From an uncultured Verrucomicrobiae bacterium (GTDB lineage Bacteria; Verrucomicrobiota; Verrucomicrobiia; Chthoniobacterales; Terrimicrobiaceae): 64,000 bases of DNA. The notes under the pieces were generated by a model. The model was not told the DNA's origin, ran no database searches, and saw only the letters and a program-made list of their open reading frames with translations. The position numbers and the translations under genes were made by a program. This document shows, piece by piece, positions 35,952 to 47,344 of the stretch. Positions within the stretch are counted from its first letter, which is position 1. Every line of letters begins with the position of its first letter. The stretch is taken from contig CAVPOC010000003.1 in NCBI GenBank assembly GCA_963706955.1, forward strand, positions 416,001 through 480,000. The letters run 5' to 3'.

Positions 35952-37460
35952 ATGGCTGCGATCCTGAAAATTAAAGGAATCAGCAAGACCTATCCGGGCG
36001 TCCGCGCGCTCCAGGATGTCAGTTTCGAAGTAGAGCGGGGCACGATTCACGCCATCATGGGGGAAAATGGCGCCGGCAAGAGTACCTTCATGCAGATCAT
36101 CGCGGGCGCCCAGCGCCCGAGTGCCGGCACGATCGAATTCGATGGGCGCGAAGTCCACTTCTCGAGCCCTGCCGATGCACAGGCCGTGGGCATCGCCATC
36201 GTCTACCAGGAACTGAACCTTTCTCCGAACCTGTCGGTGGCGGAAAATGTGTTCTTAGGCTCGGAACCAAGGGTCGGCGGCGCCTTCGTCGACCGCAAGA
36301 CGCAACGGGCCAAGACAACGCAGATTCTTGACCGCTTAGGGATTCATTTCAACCCGGACACGATCGTTGGTCGTTTGACGGTCGGACAACAACAGCTTGT
36401 TGAGATTTGCAAAAGTTTGGTTCGAGAGCCGCGCCTGCTCATCTTCGACGAACCAACGTCAAGTCTTTCCGAAGCCGACGCGGAGATTCTCTTTCGGGTG
36501 ATCCACGATCTGAAGGCTCACGGAGTCACCATGCTTTACATCTCGCATCGGTTTCCGGAGGTCTTCGCGAATTGCGACGCGTTGACCGTATTGCGCGACG
36601 GCAAACACGTGAAGACTCTCTCCATGAGTTCGACGCGAGAATCTGAGGTTGTCAGCTTGATGGTCGGCCGAGAGTTGCTCGCATTTCATCGTAAGGAAGT
36701 CACACCTAGTGATGAAGTAATGTTTGAGGTCCGCGGTTTGACCAAGCGTCATCAGTACAGCGATGTGAGTTTCAAAATTCACAAGGGAGAAATCGTCGCG
36801 ATGGCCGGCTTGGTCGGGGCCGGACGAAGCGAAGTGGCCCTTGGAGTGTTTGGCTGCCCCCCGCCGGACTCTGGAGAGGTTCTCGTTCAGAATAAGCGGA
36901 TCCAGATCAAGCGCGCTCAGGATGCGATGCGAGCCGGGATCGCTCTCGCACCGGAGGATCGAAAGTCCACCGGTCTGGTGCTCGGGGCCAGCGTGGGCAC
37001 GAATGTTTCCATGGCTGTGCTCCCAAGGCTGGCACGGGCGCAGTTTATCGATCAGAAAGCGGAGCGCAATCTCATCCAGCGTTTTGTGAAGCGGCTGAAC
37101 ATCCGAACGCCCAGTCAAGAGCAGAGGGTTGGTCTTTTGAGCGGCGGCAACCAGCAAAAGGTCATGATTGCCAAATGGCTCGCGGCGCAACCGAAATGTC
37201 TCATTGTCGATGAACCCACCCGCGGAGTTGATGTGGGCACAAAGGCGGAAATCTACGCTCTCTTCGATGAACTTGCTCATGCCGGAGTGCCAATTCTAAT
37301 GATTTCAAGCGACTTGCCCGAAGTGCTGGCTCTCGCAGATCGGATCATCGTTATGCGCCATGGACAGATTGCGGGGGAATTGACCCGAGCCGAAGCCAGC
37401 GAGGAAAAGATAATGCACCTGGCAGCGCTTGGCAGCGAAGCCGACGAGCTTCCCCGGTAG
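35952..37460 (+). CDS. Monosaccharide ABC transporter ATPase (RbsA-like)
   Basis: GENGAGKST, DEPT, LSGGNQQKV and DEPTRGVDVG motifs. Confidence 0.95.
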   Translation: MAAILKIKGISKTYPGVRALQDVSFEVERGTIHAIMGENGAGKSTFMQIIAGAQRPSAGTIEFDGREVHFSSPADAQAVGIAIVYQELNLSPNLSVAENVFLGSEPRVGGAFVDRKTQRAKTTQILDRLGIHFNPDTIVGRLTVGQQQLVEICKSLVREPRLLIFDEPTSSLSEADAEILFRVIHDLKAHGVTMLYISHRFPEVFANCDALTVLRDGKHVKTLSMSSTRESEVVSLMVGRELLAFHRKEVTPSDEVMFEVRGLTKRHQYSDVSFKIHKGEIVAMAGLVGAGRSEVALGVFGCPPPDSGEVLVQNKRIQIKRAQDAMRAGIALAPEDRKSTGLVLGASVGTNVSMAVLPRLARAQFIDQKAERNLIQRFVKRLNIRTPSQEQRVGLLSGGNQQKVMIAKWLAAQPKCLIVDEPTRGVDVGTKAEIYALFDELAHAGVPILMISSDLPEVLALADRIIVMRHGQIAGELTRAEASEEKIMHLAALGSEADELPR

Positions 37461-37537
37461 ACTCGTCCCCCCGTCTCCCAAGGACCTATTGATCCGCCGA
37501 GGTTAAGCGTGACGACGCGGAGCCGCCATGGCAGCGC

Positions 37538-38530
37538 TCATTTTGCCGCTGGGGTGGGCGTGGTCGGCGCTGGCGCGCGGGCGAGCATTTGCTGCTTTTG
37601 GCGGCGCTTACCGGAGATCGAGTCGACCAGCACGCCAAGGAAAATCACCGCGCCCATGACCGCAAAGTTCAATGAACTTGGAATACCGAGCAGGTTGACC
37701 AGGTTCTGCAACACCTGCAGCAGGGCTGTGCCGATGATTATTCCGAGGATTGAACCTTCGCCTCCCCGCAGACTGCAGCCCCCGAGCACCGCCGCAGCGA
37801 TAGCGTAAAGTTCGTAGGTGGCGCCGTGGTTTGCGGGCGAGATCGAGTTGGTGTAGAAAGCGATGAGAATACCAGCAATAGCGACCAGCAGCATCTCGAC
37901 GATATAGGCGCTCATGATGATCAGGCGGCTGTTGATTCCGGAGTAACGGGCGGCGTCCTCATTTCGCCCGACCGCATAGAGGTAGCGGCCAAACACCGAA
38001 TGATGAAGAAGGACATAAGTGATGATCCCCACGATGATCAGCAGCACGAAGGGCATCGGCACCGGCCCAATACTGCCGGTCGCCAGATTGCGCAGCACCT
38101 CAAAGCCGGAGCTGCCGAACCCTTTGGTCTCATCATTAGCGATAAAACGTGCCAGGCCGCGATAAAAGAGCAGGCCACAGAGGGTCACGATGAAAGGCTG
38201 CATCCGGACATACCCGATAAACCAGCCGTGAGTGGCTCCCAGCAGCATGACGCCGACGACGACCAGTAAGACCGCCAGCGGCCACGCCAAGTTCCATTCG
38301 CGCAACATGATGGCCAAGATCACGCCCTGCAATGCAAACACCGATCCCAACGACAGATCGATGCCGGCGGTGATGATCACCAGGCCCACGCCGATACTGA
38401 AGATGCCGTACATGCCGATCAGCCGCGCCATATTGGTGAGGTTCGAGGCGCCTAAAAAGCGTGGGTTCAACACCGCTACGATTATGCAAAGGACAACGAG
38501 GAGAACGGTGATGCCGAGTTCCTTCTTCAT
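37538..38530 (-). CDS. Monosaccharide ABC transporter permease
   Basis: GIDLSLGS, GRYLYAVGRNEDAARYSG and YELYAIAAAVLGG motifs. Confidence 0.93.
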   Translation of the reverse strand: MKKELGITVLLVVLCIIVAVLNPRFLGASNLTNMARLIGMYGIFSIGVGLVIITAGIDLSLGSVFALQGVILAIMLREWNLAWPLAVLLVVVGVMLLGATHGWFIGYVRMQPFIVTLCGLLFYRGLARFIANDETKGFGSSGFEVLRNLATGSIGPVPMPFVLLIIVGIITYVLLHHSVFGRYLYAVGRNEDAARYSGINSRLIIMSAYIVEMLLVAIAGILIAFYTNSISPANHGATYELYAIAAAVLGGCSLRGGEGSILGIIIGTALLQVLQNLVNLLGIPSSLNFAVMGAVIFLGVLVDSISGKRRQKQQMLARAPAPTTPTPAAK

Positions 38531-38570
38531 ATAGGATGGGTCACGAAAAGGGTTGCAAAACGCTAAGCAC

Positions 38571-40091
38571 TTAAGGGTCTTTGCGGCCGGTCGCGAGGCT
38601 CATGATTGCCTTCTCGGAAAACCGTTCGCGCACGAGAAAGCCGGTGATATCGCCCTCGTGCATGACGGCAATGCGATCGCTCACCCCGAGCACTTCTTCC
38701 ATGTCACTGCTGATCATGATGACGATCACTCCCCGATCGGCCAGTGCGCGCATGAGTCGATAAATCTCTGCCTTGGCTCCGACGTCGATGCCGCGGGTAG
38801 GTTCGTCAAAAATGATCACCTTCGGCTCCAGCGAGAGCCATTTGCCCAAAACCACCTTTTGTTGATTACCGCCGCTCAGGTTCATCGCCCGGGTCTCGAT
38901 TGACGGCGTTTTGACGCGCAAGGCCGCGACTTCCCGTTTGGAGACCTCTTCCTCGCGTGCGGAGCTGATCAGCATTCCGCGCGAGTAGCGCTTCAAGCCT
39001 GGCAAGGTGATATTTTCCCGAACTGTCATGCCGGTGATCAGTCCTGTGTGGCGCCGGTCTTCAGGCACCAGATAAATGCCCGCATTAATCGCCTCCCGCG
39101 CATTGCGGATTTTGACCTCTCGGCGCCCCAGCCGGACGGTGCCTTCTAACGGTGGTTCGACGCCAAAAATAGCCTGGGCCATCTCCGAGCGGCCTGCGCC
39201 TACCAACCCGGCAAACCCCAGAATCTCGCCTTTGGCAACTTCGAAGCTGACGCGATGATGGGGCCGATAAGAGGTGCGCAGCCCTTCGACCTGAAAAAAG
39301 CCCGCTTCCTGCACACCCCTTCCCTTGACAAAGTGGTCTTCCAGCTTTCTCCCGACCATTAGCGCGACCATGTTTTCGTGTCGGATCTGGCCATGCGCGA
39401 GTTCGCCGGCGTTGCGCCCGTCCCGCAGGACCACGGCGCGGTCGGCGATCTGCTCGACCTCGCCGAGCCGATGCGAGATATAGATCACGCTTACCCCTGA
39501 CGCGCGGAGCTCTCTGATAGTCGCCAGAAGCCGATCGGTTTCCGCCATGGTCAGCGAGCTGGTCGGCTCGTCCATAATGATCACACGCGCGTTCTGCGAG
39601 AGAGCCTTGGCGATCTCGACCATTTGCTGCTGAGCGATCGAGAGTTCACTCAACAGCTTTTTCGGCGAGATGAGCAGGCCAAGGCGCTTGAGGTACGCTT
39701 CGCTGTCCGCCCACATCTTGCGCTGATTGACCAACCGCAAAGGTCCGCCTACCAGCGGTTCGCGGCCCATGAAGATGTTGGCGGCCACATCGAGGTTGTC
39801 CAGAACGTTAAGTTCCTGGTGGACAAAGCCGATGCCCAGGGCGATGGCGTCCGCTACGCTGGCAATAGAGACCTTTTTTCCGTCAAAGAAGATCTCCCCC
39901 TCGTCCGGCTGGTGGACGCCGCCGAGGGTCTTCATCAACGTAGACTTGCCGGCGCCGTTCTCGCCGATCAAGGCCACCACCTCGGCTTGGCCGACCGAGA
40001 AACTTACGTCGCTTAACGCGAGAACGCCGGGAAAACGCTTGGTGATCCCCTTAAGTTCGAGCAGCGGGGCTGTGTTGCCAGCGCTCAGCAT
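38571..40091 (-). CDS. Monosaccharide ABC transporter ATPase
   Basis: GENGAGKST, LSGGNQQKV and DEPTRGIDVG motifs. Confidence 0.95.
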   Translation of the reverse strand: MLSAGNTAPLLELKGITKRFPGVLALSDVSFSVGQAEVVALIGENGAGKSTLMKTLGGVHQPDEGEIFFDGKKVSIASVADAIALGIGFVHQELNVLDNLDVAANIFMGREPLVGGPLRLVNQRKMWADSEAYLKRLGLLISPKKLLSELSIAQQQMVEIAKALSQNARVIIMDEPTSSLTMAETDRLLATIRELRASGVSVIYISHRLGEVEQIADRAVVLRDGRNAGELAHGQIRHENMVALMVGRKLEDHFVKGRGVQEAGFFQVEGLRTSYRPHHRVSFEVAKGEILGFAGLVGAGRSEMAQAIFGVEPPLEGTVRLGRREVKIRNAREAINAGIYLVPEDRRHTGLITGMTVRENITLPGLKRYSRGMLISSAREEEVSKREVAALRVKTPSIETRAMNLSGGNQQKVVLGKWLSLEPKVIIFDEPTRGIDVGAKAEIYRLMRALADRGVIVIMISSDMEEVLGVSDRIAVMHEGDITGFLVRERFSEKAIMSLATGRKDP

Positions 40092-40141
40092 AAGGGCTCA
40101 CTCTGACAGACTCGGAGGCCGCTGATGGAGGGATCCGCTAC

Positions 40142-41122
40142 TTATTTACCGCGCAGCTTCTTCAGATTTGCGGCGAACTCATCCACTTTGTCTTTGGTAA
40201 TCGCGAGCGTCGGAACAATGACTAGATTGTTCGCCGGAACCACCGATTTATCTCCATTCAGGTACTTGTTCATCAGCTTGATAGCCTGATAGCCGAACTC
40301 ATACGGCTGCTGGACCACGGTGGCGACGATCGACCCATCCTTAACTCCGGCCAAGGTCTCTTCTTCCTCGTCAAAAGTGATGATTTTGACTTTCCCTATT
40401 TTGTTGGAGTCTTTCGTCGCGTTGAGGATTGCCGGACCATTGTAGCTCCACAATCCGACCAGAGCGGAGATGTCGGGGTATTTCACCAGTGTGTCGAGCA
40501 CGTTGGCCTTGGCACGCACGCGATCTGTGTCATCGGTGCGAGTGTCAATGATCTCGACTTTGGAGCCCTTGAGCACTTCCTTGATACCGCTGAGCCTTTC
40601 GCGGGCATTCTGGGCATCGAGAGTGCCGACGAAGATCATGATTTTACCGCCATCGGGCAGCGCTTGTTTGATCAATTCGCCCGCCTGCCGCCCTGCCGCG
40701 ACATTGTCGGTTCCCACATAGCAAACCCGATTGCTCTCCGGCGCGTCGCTGTCATGGGTAAAGAGCAGAGCCTGCTTAGCCACTTCGTTGAGCTTGATTG
40801 TCTGATTCTTCGGGTCGACGGGGCTGATGGCGATCCCGTCAATGCCCGCCGAGAGGAGGTCATCGAGAATGCGCGTTTGGGTAGCAGCCGTGCCGTCCTC
40901 AGGAATTTTAAATTCCACTGTCACATTCTTCAGTTCCTCGGAAGCTTTTTTGGTTCCCGCCCGGGCGATAGTCCAAAAGTCTGAGGCATTATTGGTGACA
41001 AAGGCCAGTTTTAGCTTCTTGTCCGCAGCTTGGGCATTTTCGCTCAGACCGAATGCGGCAAGAAGGCAGAGGGTTAAGAGAAACCAGCGAACGAGGGGAT
41101 ACTTCATAAGGGGGGGGTTCAT
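40142..41122 (-). CDS. Monosaccharide ABC transporter substrate-binding protein (alternative start 41107)
   Basis: Signal peptide ending AQA; DSDAPES, YVGTDNVAAG and QQPYEFGY motifs. Confidence 0.93.
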   Translation of the reverse strand: MNPPLMKYPLVRWFLLTLCLLAAFGLSENAQAADKKLKLAFVTNNASDFWTIARAGTKKASEELKNVTVEFKIPEDGTAATQTRILDDLLSAGIDGIAISPVDPKNQTIKLNEVAKQALLFTHDSDAPESNRVCYVGTDNVAAGRQAGELIKQALPDGGKIMIFVGTLDAQNARERLSGIKEVLKGSKVEIIDTRTDDTDRVRAKANVLDTLVKYPDISALVGLWSYNGPAILNATKDSNKIGKVKIITFDEEEETLAGVKDGSIVATVVQQPYEFGYQAIKLMNKYLNGDKSVVPANNLVIVPTLAITKDKVDEFAANLKKLRGK

Positions 41123-41474
41123 AGTTAGTCCCTATAGATCAGACTGCGCACAACGTAAAGGGCAAACCAGGGAGTTTGGGGTGCTTTACAGGTAGTGCAG
41201 ACAAGATCAGCTCCTTAGAATACTCTCCGCAACTGCTGGCGCCCGCTCGCTTGTTGATGGATGCCGTCGGCGGCTCGACGGGTGTTCCTCAGGCGAGATA
41301 AGATCCTCTCTCTGGCTCAATAAGCTATACAAGTAGTTGTGTCCTCCGAAGCGTGGCGACCCAAGTGCGCGTGCTCATTTCGCCTTCGACCACCCGCCTT
41401 CGACCACCCTTCGCAAAGCGCTATCCGTAGCGAGAAGTCTTCGAGCTTCGCGCCAGGCGGCAAACGCCCCCTAG

Positions 41475-41677
41475 GAGACTGTTGAAAAACTCACGTATGC
41501 CACGTTGCTGCCAATTTTCGGAAGATCGCAAGGAGCCAAGCGCAGGCTTGATGGGGTTGCGGGGTCCCCATCTCCCCGCAAGCCGCAGTGCTACGGACAA
41601 GCTTGGCGACACCGCGAGGGCCGAAAATTAGCGCAACCCGGAGGGCGCGAGACAGGCGTGAGTTCTTCAACAGTCTC
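41475..41677. mobile_element. MITE-like non-autonomous element (203 bp)
   Basis: 21-bp TIRs GAGACTGTTGAAAAACTCACG / CGTGAGTTCTTCAACAGTCTC (20/21); CTAG on both sides (41471-74, 41678-81); no coding capacity. Confidence 0.8.
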
Positions 41678-41894
41678 CTAGGTGAATATGATCACTTTTT
41701 GGGACCTCTTGGTGAGTTAATCTCTGAAAATCTGTGTTAATCTGTGGACCTCTCGCATTAGCGATGCGTCGGCGGGGACGTGTGTGCGAGCGGTGCGCCG
41801 GGCGCGGCGAACCTCTCAACCATAAACTGGCCCGCCGGGCCGCACGCCGCTCTGGCGGGATGGGAAATGCGCGCTAGATTTTGTGCTAAATCTC

Positions 41895-44800
41895 ATGGAG
41901 GAATTTCAGTTTCATCCGGCGATTGCGAAGTGGTTCGAGCAGCAGTTCGGATCGCCGAGCGAGCCGCAGCAGCGTGGTTGGCCAGCGATCCAGTCCGGCG
42001 CGCACGTTCTTATCTCGGCACCGACAGGCTCAGGGAAAACGCTGGCTGCATTTCTCGCTTCTCTCGATCAACTCTTTCGCGAGGGGCTCACCGGAACGCT
42101 TCCGGATGAAACGCGCGTGCTTTACGTCTCTCCGCTCAAGGCGCTGAGCAACGATATCCACAAAAACCTCGAAGAGCCTCTGGCTGCCATCCGCGAGTCG
42201 TTGCGCAAGGCGGGTCGTGAGGTAGACATCCGCGCGGAAGTTCGGACCGGAGACACGCCGGCTGCGAAGCGTCAATCGATCGTCCGCAAGCCACCGCACA
42301 TCCTCGTGACCACCCCGGAGTCGCTCTACCTGCTGTTGACATCGGAGTCGGGACGGAAGCTTCTCGCGACCGTTCGAACGGTCATCGTCGACGAAATTCA
42401 TGCCGTGGTGAACAACCGCCGCGGGTCGCATCTGGCGCTGAGCATTGAGAGACTTGCCGCGCTGACAAAACGACCGATGCAGCGCATTGGCTTGTCGGCA
42501 ACCCAGAAGCCGATCGAGGAGGTGGCACAATTTCTAACCGGAGGGTCCGAGCACACGCAATGTACGATCGTCAACTGCGACTATCGGCGCCAAATGGATC
42601 TGGCAATCGAATTGCCGGGTTCGCCGCTGGAGGCCGTCATGTCCAACGAGGTCTGGGAAGAAGTTTATGGACGACTTGCCGACTTGATCGCAGCACACCG
42701 GACGACGCTTGTCTTTGCGAATACGCGCCGCCTCGCCGAGCGCGTGGCGCATAACTTGGGAGCCCGGCTCGGCGCCGAGCACGTCACGTCACACCATGGG
42801 AGCCTCTCTGCCAAACTTCGCCTCGATGCTGAGAACCGCCTGAAGCGCGGCGAGCTCAAGGCCTTGGTCGCCACTGCCTCGCTCGAGCTCGGGATCGACA
42901 TCGGGTCGGTCGACCTGGTTTGCCAAATCGGTCCAACCCACTCGATCGCCACTTTTCTGCAACGAGTCGGACGCGCGGAACATCGGCGAAGCGGTCTGCC
43001 CAAAGGGCGGATTTTTCCTCTCAGCCGCGATGAACTGGTCGAGGTCACGGCGATCTTGCGCAGCGTGCGCAACGGCGAGCTCGACGCACTGCAAATGCCA
43101 GAAAAGCCGCTCGATGTCCTGGCCCAGCAAATTGTCGCCTGCGCGGCCTCCGAAGACTGGAAAGAAGATGCGCTCTTCGAGCTGATGAAGTCGCCTTATC
43201 CTTATCGCAAACTTACGCGAAAGGAATTCGATGACGTCGTGCGCATGCTCGGCGAGGGCTTCAGCACCAAGCGCGGCAGGCGCGGCGCGTTGATTCACCG
43301 TGATGTCATCAATCAACGCATTCGCGCGCGACGCGGAGCGCGCATAACGGCGCTGACCTCGGGAGGCGCTATCGCGGATAATGCCGATTACCGCGTCGTC
43401 CTGGAGCCCACCCAGACGTTCATTGGCACGGTCAACGAAGATTTCGCGGTCGAGAGCATGGCGGGCGATATCTTTCAGCTCGGCAACGCTTCGTGGCGAA
43501 TCCTGAAGGTGGACTCGGGCATGGTGCGCGTTGAGGACGCCCACGGCCAGCCGCCGGGAATGCCCTTTTGGATCGGTGAAGCGCCCGGACGCACCGATGA
43601 ATTGTCGGAAGCTGTCTCGCGATTGCGGTTCGAGGTCGATGAAAAGATTCGGGAAACGCTGGAGAAAAACGGGGACGCTCCTGAAACCGCTCTCGTCGAG
43701 TTGTTCAAGGCGGACCTCGGGCTGCCCGCTGCCGGCGCACAGCAGTTGGCCGACTATTTTGCGGCAATCCATCGAGCACTTGGCACGATCCCATCCCAGC
43801 AGCGGCTGGTGCTAGAGCGTTTCTTTGACGAGTCGGGGGGCATGCAATTGGTCGTGCATTCGCCATTTGGCGTGCGGATAAATCGCGCCTGGGGGTTAGC
43901 GCTGCGGAAGCGTTTTTGCCGTTCCTTCAATTTCGAATTGCAAGCGGCGGCCACTGACGACGCCATCGTGCTCTCACTGGGAACCCAGCATTCCTTTCCG
44001 CTTGAGGATGTGTTTCATTATCTCCACACGAACTCCGTTCGCGAAATTCTCGTCCAGGCTCTTTTGGACGCTCCGATGTTCCCGATCCGATGGCGGTGGA
44101 ACGCCACCCGTGCCCTCGCTCTGCCGCGGCAGCGCGGCGGGCGCAAGACCCCGGCACCATTGCAACGAATGGAGTCTGAGAACCTGCTCGCAGCCGTCTT
44201 CCCGGACCAGTTGGCCTGCTTGGAAAACATCGCCGGCGACCGCGTGGTGCCCGAGCATCCTCTCGTGCAACAGACCATCGATGATTGTCTCACTGAGGCG
44301 ATGGACTTTGACGGACTGGCGGCATTGTTGACACGCGTCGAACGCGGCGAAATCGAGCTGATCTCTCGCGACCTGCCGGAACCCTCCCCACTGGCACACG
44401 AAATTCTAAACGCCAAACCCTATGCCTTCCTCGACAATGCGCCGCTGGAAGAGCGTCGCACACAAGCCGTCTATCTGAGGCGAGCGGCGGACACATCAGC
44501 TCCGGGACTCGGACTGCTTGACGCCTCAGCGATTGAAAAGGTGTGCGCGGAAGCATGGCCGCTTGCCACGAATGCTGACGAACTCCACGAGGCGTTGTTG
44601 TTAATCGGGGTAATGACAGAGAGCGAAATCCGAAAAACTACCGGTGGATCCACAGAGTGGCTCGATCTCCTCGAGATGGAAAGGCGTGTGGCCCCCGTCC
44701 CAAGCCGTTTCTGGGCCGCTGCAGAGGGGCTTGCCATGCTTCGCGCGATTCATGGCGAGCGCGTGCCGCCTCCGCCGGCGGCCGCCCTCAACGACCGTCG

Positions 44801-46226
44801 CGAACCGTGGAAATGCGAAGATGCAGTCCGAGAACTCGTCCGCGGACGGTTGGAAGTCTGCGGGCCAGTCACAGCCGTTGCGCTCGCGCAGATCTTGGAA
44901 TTGACACCGTCCGCGATCGATCCCGCCTTAGTCGCGCTCGAGGCGGAAGGTTTCGTTCTCAGGGGCAAGTTCAATCCTGATGCCATCGAGACGGAATGGT
45001 GCGATCGCCGCCTGCTCGCCCGAATCCATCGCCTCACCATTCACCGGTTGCGCGCGGAGATCGAAGCGGTCTCGCTGGCCGACTTTCAACGGTTTCTGCT
45101 GGCGTGGCAACGAGCCAACCGCAGCCATCGCGTCGAAGGTCCGGAGGGAGTCAAGGCTGTGCTCGAGCTGCTGGATGGATATGAAATGCCTGCAGCCGCC
45201 TGGGAGCCGGAAATTCTCGCGTCGCGGGTAAACAACTACACGCCTGCCTGGCTTGACCAACTCTGCTTCACTGGTCGAATCGGTTGGTGCCGGCTGACAT
45301 CGCCACAGGCTGCGAACGGCAGCCTGGCGACACCGGTGCGCTCGAGCCCGATCTCGATTTACACACGCGAGAACCTGCCGCACTGGCTCTCGCTTTCTGC
45401 AACATGGCAGCGGCCCGACTTTTCACACGATGCGGCGGATGTCCTCGACGTCCTCGAGAGCGCCGGGGCTCTCTTCTTTGGCGAGATTGCCCAGAGGGCC
45501 GGTTTGTTGCCTTCGAGAGTTGAAAATGCGATCGCGGAACTTGTTGCCAATGGCTGGGTCACCTCGGACAGTTTTGAAGGTTTGCGCGCCTTACTAGTGC
45601 CTGACGAAAAGCGGCAGCCATTCTCCCAGGCGCGTCCGCGCAAGCATCACCGAGCGGTCACGAGCATTGAGTTCGCCGGACGCTGGTCCGCCGTGCGAAG
45701 TCTGATCGGAAATGTTCCTCCACGCGAGGAATCACTTGAGATCTACGCCTGGACGCTCCTGCGGCGCTACGGCGTCATGTTTCGGCGAATGCTTGAAAGA
45801 GAGTCGCTACGAGTGCCCTGGTTCGAGCTCTTGCGCATCTATCGGAAACTTGAGGCCCGTGGCGAAATTCGTGGAGGTTATTTCGTAAGCGGCGTCAGCG
45901 GGGAACAATTCGCGCTGCCCGAAGCCGTCGGACTGCTCCGCTCGATTCGCAGGGCTCGCCCGCGCGAAGGAGAGCAATCGCCCTCCGAATTGATCACCAT
46001 TAGCGCCGCGGATCCATTGAACCTTATCGGCATTCTCTCACCGGGACCCCGCATCGCGGCCATCACCGCACACCGCATTCTTTTGCGAGACGGAGTTCCC
46101 GTCGCGGCTCTCAAGGCTGGTCAATTGATTTCACTGGAAGCGGAGGCAGCTGATCCATCCCCTCAGGTTGAGCGGACACTCCGCGTCGGCACCCTATCGC
46201 CGGCTCTGCGTCCTTACTATGCATGA
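41895..46226 (+). CDS. lhr: Lhr-family ATP-dependent helicase, long form
   Basis: [33 protein letters not shown] and QRVGR motifs; C-terminal LLRRYGV...[14 protein letters not shown] region. Confidence 0.92.
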   Translation: MEEFQFHPAIAKWFEQQFGSPSEPQQRGWPAIQSGAHVLISAPTGSGKTLAAFLASLDQLFREGLTGTLPDETRVLYVSPLKALSNDIHKNLEEPLAAIRESLRKAGREVDIRAEVRTGDTPAAKRQSIVRKPPHILVTTPESLYLLLTSESGRKLLATVRTVIVDEIHAVVNNRRGSHLALSIERLAALTKRPMQRIGLSATQKPIEEVAQFLTGGSEHTQCTIVNCDYRRQMDLAIELPGSPLEAVMSNEVWEEVYGRLADLIAAHRTTLVFANTRRLAERVAHNLGARLGAEHVTSHHGSLSAKLRLDAENRLKRGELKALVATASLELGIDIGSVDLVCQIGPTHSIATFLQRVGRAEHRRSGLPKGRIFPLSRDELVEVTAILRSVRNGELDALQMPEKPLDVLAQQIVACAASEDWKEDALFELMKSPYPYRKLTRKEFDDVVRMLGEGFSTKRGRRGALIHRDVINQRIRARRGARITALTSGGAIADNADYRVVLEPTQTFIGTVNEDFAVESMAGDIFQLGNASWRILKVDSGMVRVEDAHGQPPGMPFWIGEAPGRTDELSEAVSRLRFEVDEKIRETLEKNGDAPETALVELFKADLGLPAAGAQQLADYFAAIHRALGTIPSQQRLVLERFFDESGGMQLVVHSPFGVRINRAWGLALRKRFCRSFNFELQAAATDDAIVLSLGTQHSFPLEDVFHYLHTNSVREILVQALLDAPMFPIRWRWNATRALALPRQRGGRKTPAPLQRMESENLLAAVFPDQLACLENIAGDRVVPEHPLVQQTIDDCLTEAMDFDGLAALLTRVERGEIELISRDLPEPSPLAHEILNAKPYAFLDNAPLEERRTQAVYLRRAADTSAPGLGLLDASAIEKVCAEAWPLATNADELHEALLLIGVMTESEIRKTTGGSTEWLDLLEMERRVAPVPSRFWAAAEGLAMLRAIHGERVPPPPAAALNDRREPWKCEDAVRELVRGRLEVCGPVTAVALAQILELTPSAIDPALVALEAEGFVLRGKFNPDAIETEWCDRRLLARIHRLTIHRLRAEIEAVSLADFQRFLLAWQRANRSHRVEGPEGVKAVLELLDGYEMPAAAWEPEILASRVNNYTPAWLDQLCFTGRIGWCRLTSPQAANGSLATPVRSSPISIYTRENLPHWLSLSATWQRPDFSHDAADVLDVLESAGALFFGEIAQRAGLLPSRVENAIAELVANGWVTSDSFEGLRALLVPDEKRQPFSQARPRKHHRAVTSIEFAGRWSAVRSLIGNVPPREESLEIYAWTLLRRYGVMFRRMLERESLRVPWFELLRIYRKLEARGEIRGGYFVSGVSGEQFALPEAVGLLRSIRRARPREGEQSPSELITISAADPLNLIGILSPGPRIAAITAHRILLRDGVPVAALKAGQLISLEAEAADPSPQVERTLRVGTLSPALRPYYA

Positions 46227-47013
46227 CGCGAGTGGGCCGCCTGCTCGTTTGGGGACACAGGGATTCCAAAAGCTTTCTCGGGTCTGGCCCGCTTTCGCGG
46301 TGCTAATCCTCGTTGGCTGCGCGGTGGACGATCCGGTGCCCTTCGATCGAAAGTCGCGATTCGTCGCAGGATCCAGTTCCCTGCGGGCTCGCGTCATCTA
46401 CGTCGCCGAAAGGCACAACGAGCCATCGCATCACAAACGCCAGGAGAGAATCATTCGCTCCGTCCACCAACGCGGAAGATCGCTGGCTGTCGGAATGGAA
46501 ATGATCGATGTCACCCAACAGCGCGCGTTGGATCACTACTTGGAGAAGAAGATCAGTTGGGGAATGTTCGCCCGCACGACCGGCTTTGAAAGCGGCTGGG
46601 GAAAAACATCCCCCGCTTACAAGCGCATTCTCGCATGGTCGCGAAAAAACGGCGTGGCGGTCCTTGGTCTGAATGCGCCGCGATCTGTGACACGAAAAAT
46701 CGCCAGAAATCAAAAGCTCACTGCGACCGAAGCGGCATTGGTTCCAGCCTTTCCCGAGCCACCGGGCGGGTTCAAGAAATTCCAGGCAGCGATGGCCGGT
46801 CATCCGGGCTCCGGATCGGTTCGTCAGTCCTACGAGGCGCAGCGCGCGTGGGATAAGACCATGGCGGAAACAATTCTGTCGTGGCTCCGAAAGCACCAAG
46901 GCACGTTGGTAGTTCTCCTGGGAGAATTTCACGCCGACCCGCAAACGGGCGTTCCCTGGTATGTGGCGAGGAATTCAGGCGCAAGGCAGGTGGTCATCTA
47001 CCCGACCGAGTGA
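46219..47013 (+). CDS. ChaN-family (EreA/TIKI-like) lipoprotein
   Basis: Lipobox [31 protein letters not shown] and LLGEFH patterns; start uncertain. Confidence 0.75.
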   Translation: MHDASGPPARLGTQGFQKLSRVWPAFAVLILVGCAVDDPVPFDRKSRFVAGSSSLRARVIYVAERHNEPSHHKRQERIIRSVHQRGRSLAVGMEMIDVTQQRALDHYLEKKISWGMFARTTGFESGWGKTSPAYKRILAWSRKNGVAVLGLNAPRSVTRKIARNQKLTATEAALVPAFPEPPGGFKKFQAAMAGHPGSGSVRQSYEAQRAWDKTMAETILSWLRKHQGTLVVLLGEFHADPQTGVPWYVARNSGARQVVIYPTE

Positions 47014-47344
47014 GCCTTCCGCTCCCCGGAACGAGCCTCGCGCTCGCAACTACAAGCTTCTTTCGTCGCAGGTGGAGACGCGCCTGCAGGATTGTTTGGT
47101 TAAGCGCAACAAGGCGAACCACTCGACGACCTCACCAACGGAGCTGAAAAAAATCGAGCGCCGGCCATCGATCCCTGCCCAAGTGCCGGCTTGCTATTGC
47201 CCTCGCGCATTGCACGCAAGTAGGACGCTTTTGTCCCATGAATTCGAACAAATTCCTATGCCTCTCCGCCGGCCGCAAGCCGGCGGTTCGCCGGCAAATT
47301 TGCGGGCGCAATTTGGCGAGCACCAGCTAGACTCATGGGAACAT

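Noticed and set aside
46961..47344. 128-aa N-terminal extension of the PAS-PP2C ORF (likewise 24883-25119 and 49985-50200)
   Set aside because: Non-protein-like sequence running through intergenic repeats or neighbouring genes; downstream starts fit the domain boundaries
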